A DNA stretch of 64,000 bases from Eledone cirrhosa (Eukaryota): assembly GCA_964016885.1 (NCBI GenBank), contig OZ024747.1, forward strand, positions 75,082,001 to 75,146,000, in the 5' to 3' direction. The position numbers and the translations under genes are program-made. The notes below the pieces were generated by a model. That model saw only the letters and a program-made list of their open reading frames with translations, did no database searches and was not told the DNA's origin. The first letter of the stretch is position 1, and the number at the start of each line of letters is the position of its first letter. This document shows positions 47,079 through 64,000 of this stretch, piece by piece.

Positions 47079-47790
47079 TAAATTTCTGGTTGGTTGGTTG
47101 GTTCCACAACCAGATAGTTGTTTATATATAGTCATAGTTCTTTCGTCACACACTCTGTGACCTCTTCAGTGACTGGGGATTCCTTTCTTTGTTTCTGTGC
47201 CTCTCCTTTGTTCTGTCCTACGCCATTTTGTTTCTGTGTGTGTGTTGTGTGTTCAGTCTGAGCATGCGCCACATAGAATCTACACACAGAAAAGACGCAA
47301 TGTTTAGACAAATTACAGAGGCAATAAACATAAAAGAATTACAACCAAAATTAAATAGAAAATATGAGTGGAACAGCAACATCACAACTTACAATTAAGG
47401 ACAAAACACACACACACATAGAACAAACAACCAACCAGTAACATGTAAATAAACAAATAAATAAATGAACATAGACACACACAGACACCCGGATGTGGCG
47501 CATGCGCAGACTGAGCACACAACACACACACAGAAATAAAATGGCGTAGGACAGAACAAAGGAGAGGCACAGAAACAAAGAAAGGAATCCCCAGTCACTG
47601 AAGAGGTCCCAGAGTGTGTGACGAAAGAACTATGACTATATATAAACAACTATCTGGTTGTGAAACCAACCAACCAACCAGAAATTTATAAATTTATGAA
47701 TTTATTATGAATTTATTATAATAAATTGAAGTGAAAGCAACTGGTGCATGTGTTTCTTATTGGCAACATGACCCTCCCAAAGTATAACAA
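47079..47790 (+). mobile_element. 5'-truncated Penelope-like element: inverted pLTR + GIY-YIG C-terminus + pLTR
   Basis: Arms 47079-47274 and 47493-47688; 47273-47398 encodes IESTHRKDAMFRQITEAINIKELQPKLNRKYEW (the R..EA..I....P.LN tail of GIY-YIG domains). Confidence 0.85.
47593..47637 (+). ncRNA. Minimal type-I hammerhead motif (further copies on - at 47130-47174 and 55666-55710)
   Basis: agtca-CUGAAGA-g-gtc(a/c)ca gagtg tgtgac-GAA-ag aa ct-A-tgact; stem I perfect; stem II perfect in the minus copies. Confidence 0.75.
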
Positions 47791-48094
47791 TATATATATA
47801 TATATGTATATGTATATATATGTATATATATATATGTATATAGATATATGTATATGTATATATATATATGTATATGTATATATATATATGTATATATATG
47901 TATATATATATATGTATATATATGTATATGTATATATATGTATATGTATGTATATGTATATATATGTATATATATGTATATATATGTATATATATGTATA
48001 TATATGTATATGTATGTATATGTATGTATATATATGTATATGTATATATATGTATATATATGTATATGTATATATATGTATATGTATATATATG

Positions 48095-48145
<51 letters not shown>

Positions 48146-48156
48146 GTATATATATA

Positions 48157-48189
<33 letters not shown>

Positions 48190-48513
48190 ATGTGTATATG
48201 TATATGTACATATATATGTATATGTGTATATGTATATGTACATATATATGTATATGTACATATATATGTATATGTACATATATATGTATATGTACATATA
48301 TATGTATATGTACATATATATGTATATGTACATATATATGTATATGTACATATACATATATATGTACATATACATATATATGTACATATACATATACACA
48401 TATACATATATATGTACATATACATATACACATATACATATATATGTACATATACATATACACATATACATATACATATATACATATACATACATATATA
48501 TACATATATATAC

Positions 48514-48546
<33 letters not shown>

Positions 48547-48757
48547 CATATATATACATATACATATATATACATATACATACATATACATATATATACA
48601 TATATATACATATATATACATATATATACATATACATATATATACATATACATATATATACATATACATACATATACATATATATACATATACATTTATG
48701 TATATGTACATATATATGTAAATGTACATATTTATGTATATGTACATATACATATAT
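47791..48757. repeat. TA array with a G-to-C polarity switch (about 48230-48350)
   Basis: Directly visible. Confidence 0.95.
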
Positions 48758-48758
48758 A

Positions 48759-49263
48759 GGTTTCTTGGTGAGGAGGGTGACTTTGGACATCCAGCAGGAC
48801 TTAAAACAAAACCTGTCAAAGGGCAAAGGAGCTCTTAAGAGTCAATGGCCATCCAAAATCACCGGGAGAGATGACCCCTTAGCCTTTGTCAAGGCAGAAT
48901 TCTAGAAGAAGGAAAACTCTGATATAACACCTGCAACCCTGATGGTTTCCAATGATGTTGACTTGTTCTTCTTTTTGGTAAATATCATCTTGGTTAAGAG
49001 AGTGGGACTGGCTTTGTGCAGTGCCTTTGCTCACTATAAAAGCTTCACGACACAGGCATTGCTTTATATCTGGAGATCTCTCTGCACTTGTCGTCACCTG
49101 GTATCATGGGCCCAGCCCTATCTGTCAATCATTGTCACATGTGTAGTGTTTGTACCAGAGTTTTCAAGTCACTGGCTGGGCTAAAAAGTCACACTCGTTG
49201 TAGGGGTTCTCCTACTTGGATATAAAGTAGTGGCCGTACTCGAAAACGAGTTGGCAGCCACCA
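48759..49263 (+). mobile_element. Short RTE-derived element: 5'-UTR-like segment joined to a C-terminal C2H2-like finger and 3' end
   Basis: 49136-49225 encodes HMCSVCTRVFKSLAGLKSHTRC...*; 3' hairpin ctcg aaaa cgag; agaaggaaaactctga resembles RTE 5' UTR motifs. Confidence 0.55.
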
Positions 49264-49360
49264 TATGTACATATATATGTATATGTACATATATATGTAT
49301 ATGTACATATGTATATATATATGTATATATATATATATGTATATATGTATATGTATATAT

Positions 49361-49590
49361 TTCGTTTCTGAATTTGTTTAGCAAGATTCTTTATCTGAAA
49401 TCGTGTGTTGAAACCGATATTGTTATACTTTGGGAGGGTCATATTGCGAATAAGAAACACACGCACCAGTTGCTTTCACTTCAATTTATTATATATTTAT
49501 GAATTTATAAATATATAATAAATTGAAGTGAAAGCAACTGGTGCGTGTTTTTCTTATTGGCAACATGACCCTCCCAAAGTATAACAATAT
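49361..49590. mobile_element. Palindromic fragment of the 47-kb Penelope-like family
   Basis: 49417-49590 is an inverted repeat of sequence also at 47717-47790 and 55519-55595. Confidence 0.8.
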
Positions 49591-55462
<5,872 letters not shown>

Positions 55463-55800
55463 TTTCGTTTCTGAATTTGTTTAGCAAGATTCTTTATCTG
55501 AAATTGTGTGTTGAAACCGATATTGTTATACTTTGGGAGGGTCATGTTGCCAATAAGAAACACACGCACCAGTTGCTTTCACTTAAGTTTATTATATAGT
55601 TACAAATTTATAAATTTCTGGTTGGTTGGTTGGTTGGTTCCACAACCAGATAGTTGTTTATATATAGTCATAGTCCTTTCGTCACACACTCTGTGACCTC
55701 TTCAGTGACTGGGGATTCCTTTCTTTGTTTCTGTGCCTCTCCCTTGTTCTGTCCTACGCCATTTTGTTTCTGAGAAACAAAATGGCGTAGGACAGAACAA
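55463..55800 (-). mobile_element. pLTR copy of the 47-kb Penelope-like family with a terminal 27-bp fold-back (55744-55800)
   Basis: Colinear with 49361-49495 followed by 47079-47234; contains the hammerhead at 55666-55710 (-). Confidence 0.85.
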
Positions 55801-57315
<1,515 letters not shown>

Positions 57316-57403
57316 AGGAGGTGAGTTTTTATTGTAGTACAATAAAGCAATGCAGATATCGGATAAGAAGCACTCTACAGTTTGTAGGACAGGAGTATAC
57401 ATA

Positions 57404-57725
57404 ATATAAGATCAAAAGATGGTTAAAGGAGTTCCATGTATTTTATTATGCGCATTTCAAAAAACAAACATCATCATGCAATAATATTTGTGTTTTCATG
57501 AGATAAAACAGGAGAACATGATATGAAGGCTAAAAAACACTTGTGGATAGTGCAGTTTATGTTGATTTAAAACCGCACTATCTACAAGTGTTTTTTAGCC
57601 TTCATATCATGTTCTCCTGTTTTATCTGATGAAAAACATAAATATTATTGCATGATGATGTTTGTTTTTGAAATGCACATAATAAAATACATGGAACTCC
57701 TTTAACCATCTTTTTGATCTTATAT
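57404..57725. mobile_element. Long inverted repeat (about 155-bp arms); Penelope-like fold-back relic
   Basis: ataagatcaaaagatggttaaaggagttccatg... pairs with ...catggaactcctttaaccatctttttgatcttat, with few mismatches. Confidence 0.8.
57620..57687 (+). ncRNA. Type-I hammerhead motif with a long AT-rich stem II
   Basis: ttttat-CUGAUGA-aaaaca...tgttttt-GAA-at gcac at-A-ataaaa; the mirror copy has palindromic atgcgcat but a mutated core (CUCAUGA). Confidence 0.65.
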
Positions 57726-57925
57726 ATGTATATATATATGTATATGTATATGTATATGTATGTATATGTATATATATATATGAATATATATGTATATATA
57801 TATATGTATATGTATATATATATATGTATATATATGTATATATATATATGTATATGTATATATGTATATATATGTATATATATATATGTATATGTATATA
57901 TATATATATGTATATAATATATATG

Positions 57926-57957
<32 letters not shown>

Positions 57958-58199
57958 TGTATATGTATATATGTATATGTATATATGTATATGTATATAT
58001 ATGTATATGTATATTATATGTATATATATGTATATTATGTATATATATATGTATATATATATATATATGTATATATATATGTGTATATATATATATATGT
58101 ATATATATATGTATATATATATATATGTATATATATATATGTATATATATATGATATTAAATTATATTATATATGTATATATGTATATGTATATATATG

Positions 58200-58234
<35 letters not shown>

Positions 58235-58243
58235 ATATATATG

Positions 58244-58276
<33 letters not shown>

Positions 58277-58456
58277 GTATATATATGTATATATATGTAT
58301 ATATATATGTATATATATGTATATATATGTATATATATATGTATATATATGTATATATATATGTATATATATATGTATATATATGTATATATATATGTAT
58401 ATATATGTATATATATATGTATATATATGTATATATGTATATATATATGTATATGT

Positions 58457-58522
<66 letters not shown>

Positions 58523-58574
58523 CATACATATATATATATATACTATATATATATATATACTATATATATATAAC

Positions 58575-58625
<51 letters not shown>

Positions 58626-58715
58626 CATATATTATATATATATATACTTATATATATATATACATATATATATATACATATATACTATATACTATATACA
58701 TATATATAATATACC

Positions 58716-58746
<31 letters not shown>

Positions 58747-58884
58747 TACATATATACATATATACATATATATATATTACATATATATATATATATACAT
58801 ATATATTATATACATACTATATATATATATATATATATATACATATATATATACATATATATATATATACATATATATATATAC

Positions 58885-58915
<31 letters not shown>

Positions 58916-58930
58916 CATATATATATATAC

Positions 58931-58961
<31 letters not shown>

Positions 58962-58982
58962 CATATATATATATACATATAT

Positions 58983-59057
<75 letters not shown>

Positions 59058-59058
59058 C

Positions 59059-59135
<77 letters not shown>

Positions 59136-59144
59136 TACATATAC

Positions 59145-59177
<33 letters not shown>

Positions 59178-59527
59178 CATGTATACATATATATATATAC
59201 ATATATATGCATACATATATATATATATATATATATACATATATATACATATATATATACATATATATACATATATATATATACATATATATACATATAT
59301 ATATATATATACATATATACATATATATATATACATATATATATATATACATATATACATATATATATACATATATACATATATATACATATATATATAC
59401 ATATATACATATATATATACATATATACATATATATACATATACATATACATATATATATATATACATATATACATATATATACATATATACATATACAT
59501 ATATACATATACATATATACATATATA
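57726..59527. repeat. TA array with a G-to-C polarity switch near 58460
   Basis: Directly visible. Confidence 0.95.
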
Positions 59528-62363
59528 GTGTATACTGATTAATGTTCAGAGCCATCCTCAGCATTCTCGTGTAGCACCCATCCACCATCTGAGTGAGTCT
59601 CTTGGTCAGTGTCCAAGTCTCAGACCCATACAGCAGCACAGACTCCACTACAGCAATGAAGAGGCGGATCTTCAGGTCTCTACGAAGGTCCAACTTCCAC
59701 ACCGATCTCAAGCTGTGACATGCCGCCCAGGCCTTGCTCTTCCTCCCAACCACATCATCTTCCGTATTCCCAATCTTTGCTCCCAAATACAGGAAGTCCT
59801 CAACCAATTCCAGCGGCTTCCCGCCTACATTAGTGATCCCCTCTGGCTTCTCAACATTCTCCACCAGATATTTTGTTTTAGTCTCATTCATTCTCAGCCC
59901 CACACTCATCGACACGGTCTCAACCTCCCGCATCAAATCCTCTGCCTCCTTCACTGTATTTGTCACCAAAACTATGTCGTCGGCAAATTCAGCATCCGAT
60001 ACCTTTTTCGCCCCAACTCTCCTGCTCTGAGCCGGTGCTACAGTAAAGCCAGTGTCCTGGTATTTCTCCAGTGCAAGGCGCATACAATAGTCCACTACGA
60101 TGATAAAAAGGTAGGGAGCCAATGTATCTCCCTGGAGCACTCCAGCCAGTATCTCAAAGAACTCTGTCATCCCATCAGGTGTAATGACTTGGGCTTTGGT
60201 GTTGGTGTAGAGCAGTGATATCAGGTCCACTATCCTCTTGGGGATTCCATAAGCCTGTAAGATCTTCATCAGGCAGTAACGGTCCACAGAATCAAAGGCC
60301 TTCCTAAAGTCAATAAAAACCATGACCGCAGGAAGGCACTTTGCTCTAGCTCCCTCTAATATCCTCCTCAGCATCAGGATGTGACTGGTGGTTGATCTAC
60401 CCTCTCTGAAGCCGTTCTGGTTGTCCCTGAGCTTCTTCTCCATCTCAGGCTGGATCCTGTTAAGAATCATCCTGTTGAGGGTCTTTGCCACAAGTGACGT
60501 CAGTGAGATCCCCCGGTAGTTGTTGGTGTTAGAGAGATCTCCCTTCTTTGGCACTGGGACGATGTTACTGATCCTCCACTGATTCGGGGCAACTCCTTTC
60601 TCCAGTGCCCCGTTACAGAACCCCAGGATGATATCATCAAAATCACACCTCTTCATCACCTCTGATGCCACTCCATCCTCTCCATGAGCCTTGCCCTCCT
60701 TGATCTTCTTCTTGGCTCTCTGAAGCTCCTCTCTGGTGAAGGGCTCTGTCTCAACATCCAGTTCCTCAAACAGCCGCCTGATCTCCCCTCTGCTCTGGGC
60801 TGTGGAGGGTGGCTCTCCTAGTAGGGTCCTAAAATGGTCTAGCCATTTCCTCTTCCTATCCTCAGGCCCCGTTCCCTGGATCTGACTCGAACACCTTTTC
60901 TTCCTCCCTGTGATCTCGTTGATGATCATCCAGCTCTCCTTACATCCAGATCTGTCAACCGCTCTCTCCACACTTCTGATCTTCTCTATCAGTGCCTCCT
61001 CTCTGACCTCAGTGTAAGCGGTACAGAGCTCTTCCCTCATCACCTCCACAGTCTCCATCCTCTCCTCCGTAGGATCAGCATAGAATTGGTCCCTGGCAGC
61101 TTTCAGGTGTTCTCTGGCTGCACACACTTTTGGGTTTGCAGAGCTGACGTGCTTCCCTTTGTTCTTTTTCCTCGGCACCAGGGTTTCACTTGCTTTCGCC
61201 ACTGCATTGGTGAAGTGCCCGAACCTCCTTGTCACACTCTCCTCAGTCCATCCAATCTCTCTCTCCTCTGACTCTCCACACAGAGCACTAAACCTGTTTC
61301 TCACTTCCACTGTGAACCTCTCCTGTAGCTTATCATCTTCCTTGAAAGCTCCCCAGTCATAGATTGTTCTCCGGGGCTGAGCCTTGCTCTTTCTTAAGCT
61401 CACGCGGACCTCACTCATAACAAGCCGGTGGTCACTACCCAGTGTACTGAAATAGCTGTATGGTTCCGTGTTCAGAACACTATTCTGCCACTTTTTCCTC
61501 ACCAGAATGAAATCAATCTGGGACTTGGACAGGTGCATATCTGAGATGTAGGTCCACATCTTCCCCAGATTCTTCCTAAACCTTAGGTTGGTTGCCATCA
61601 AGTTCGCCTCCAGCAGGGTGTCTCTCAGTAGTCTTCCATTTCGGTTGGTGTTGTTATGGAAGTACCAGCAAGGATCTTCACTGCCCTCCTTACTCAGATG
61701 TGCATTGAAGTCCCCCAAAACAAGCAGGATATTGTGTGCCTGAGTGGTGTTGACAGCCCCACACACCTCCTCATGGAACTCCTCGGCATTCACATCACTG
61801 TCCCCCTCGGTTGGACTATAGGCTGAGATGACTGTCAGTCTTGGGTTTCCATTGAAGGTCACCCTCAACACTCGCGGGGAGATAGGCATTATTTCCCTCA
61901 CCAACAGATTGGTTTTTGCACTGAACACAAAACCCACTCCTCCTACTGCAGCATTTGTTGTGTTCTTCACTGCCGATGTAGTGATGAGCTGGCTCTTCCT
62001 CCCGATCATCACACTCCTCACGGGCTCATCGTGTAGAATCCTGTGTTCTTGGATCGCAAGTATCTGTATACCACTCTCCTCGAACAGATGTCCCAACTCC
62101 TCTCTCTTCTCCAGCGTTCGAATAGTCCTCACATTCAAAGTGCCCATTTTGATGGCTCTTCTGCAGGACAAAACTGCATTCTTTATATTTGTCTCAGAGA
62201 CAGCTGATCCATCATCCACTGGCCCTCTCTGTGGCTCTAAGCCAGCAGAGTTATAACGACCAGGCTGCTCCTTGACAGTGTAATTAGGGGCTCTAACCCT
62301 AGTGCTGTTAGATCGACTCTCCATATTTCTTTTCAATGGCTGACAATACCTTACCGGCGCCAC
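59528..62363 (-). CDS. APE endonuclease - reverse transcriptase polyprotein lacking its C-terminus
   Basis: [30 protein letters not shown]; [35 protein letters not shown]. First ATG is MESRSN near 62324. Confidence 0.88.
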
Positions 62364-62537
62364 TCGAATAAGGTAGTTATTTAACCCATAAATGGAGCCC
62401 TAACAGGTACTACCACCCCGGGCCAGGGCAGACCTGGGAGTCATGACAACTAAGGGGTAACTCCACATTCCCCACATCTCCTGAACTCCCGAACTGGAGC
62501 CTTGCCACTGGATGTAGTTTAATGTCATACCCAGGAC

Positions 62538-62538
<1 letters not shown>
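59528..62538 (-). mobile_element. RTE-clade LINE (no PHD finger) with 5' UTR, 3'-truncated
   Basis: Unique 5' segment 62538-62364, then an uninterrupted ORF that runs into microsatellite at about 59528; no 3' UTR. Confidence 0.92.
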
Positions 62539-62614
<76 letters not shown>

Positions 62615-62771
62615 CATACCCAGGACATATATATATATGTATATACATATATATATACATATATATATATGTATATATATATGTATATATATATGTATAT
62701 ATATATATATATATATGTATATATAAATGTATATATATATGTGTATATATATATGTGTATATATATATGTG

Positions 62772-62810
<39 letters not shown>

Positions 62811-62838
62811 GTGTATATATATATATATGTGTATATAT

Positions 62839-62892
<54 letters not shown>

Positions 62893-62903
62893 GTGTATAT
62901 ATA

Positions 62904-62962
<59 letters not shown>

Positions 62963-63162
62963 GTGTATATATATATATGTGTATATATATATATGTGTAT
63001 ATATATATATGTGTATATATATATATGTGTATATATATATATATATGTATGTATATATATGTGTATATATATATATGTGTATATATATATATGTGTATAT
63101 ATATATATGTGTATATATATATATATATGTATGTATATATATGTGTATATATATATATGTGT

Positions 63163-63202
<40 letters not shown>

Positions 63203-63209
63203 GTATGTG

Positions 63210-63274
<65 letters not shown>

Positions 63275-63855
63275 GTATGTGTATATATATGTATGTATGT
63301 GTATATATGTATGTGTATATATATGTATGTATGTGTATATATGTGTGTGTATATATATGTGTATATATATATGTATGTGTATATATATGTGTATATATAT
63401 ATGTATGTGTATATATATGTGTATATATATGTGTGTATATATGTGTGTATATATATATGTATGTGTATATATATATGTATATATATATGTGTGTATATAT
63501 GTGTGTATATATATATGTATGTGTATATGTATGTGTATATATATATGTGTATATATATATGTGTATATATATATGTGTATATATATATGTGTATATATAT
63601 ATGTGTGTATATATGTGTGTGTATATATGTGTGTATATATATATGTGTATATATATATGTGTATATATATGTATATATATGTGTATATATATATGTGTAT
63701 GTATATATGTGTATATATATATGTGTATGTATATATGTGTATATATATATATATGTGTATATATATATATATGTGTATATATATATATATGTGTATATAT
63801 ATATATATATGTGTATATATATGTATATATATATATATATGTGTATATATATGTA
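62539..63855. repeat. Degenerate TA/TG array
   Basis: Directly visible. Confidence 0.95.
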
Positions 63856-64000
63856 TCATCATCGTTTAATGTCCATCTTCCACGCTTGCATGTGTTTGGA
63901 CGGGAATTTTCCCACTTGAGGCAAGATTGGTTGTCTTGCTCGTATAGGACTGTCTGGCGGGTTTTCCACGGCTGGATGACCTTCCCAACACCAACCACGT
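63856..64000 (-). mobile_element. 3' end of another RTE copy related to subfamily A (runs off the window)
   Basis: Similar to 28708-28862 (tcatcatc.gtttaa.gtcc...cccacttgaggcaaga...aacaccaaccac). Confidence 0.9.

Overview
Eukaryotic, very AT-rich, repeat-dominated DNA. The repeat repertoire (huge degenerate (TA)n/(TATG)n arrays, Meta-domain-like tRNA SINEs, RTE LINEs with (GAT)n tails) resembles an octopus/cephalopod genome; this is inference. No multi-exon host gene is visible, only one good 30-nt microexon candidate (10881-10910, +). 1-18 kb is old, decayed repeats: SINEs, piggyBac and Tc1/mariner MITEs, a FLYWCH-MULE transposase relic and simple repeats. 18-64 kb is microsatellite arrays into which many retroelements are stacked: three long RTE-clade LINEs with a PHD-type C4HC3 finger inserted inside the RT region, one RTE LINE without it, two CR1-group LINEs and a maT-like (DD37D) mariner relic. 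The most striking signal is at least six unrelated fold-back loci carrying minimal type-I hammerhead ribozyme motifs. They are always arranged divergently and adjoin (TA)n tracts, and two retain Penelope-like GIY-YIG endonuclease C-termini. There is also an isolated tRNA-like cloverleaf with a non-canonical anticodon loop. All the YI-rich long ORFs are microsatellite artefacts.
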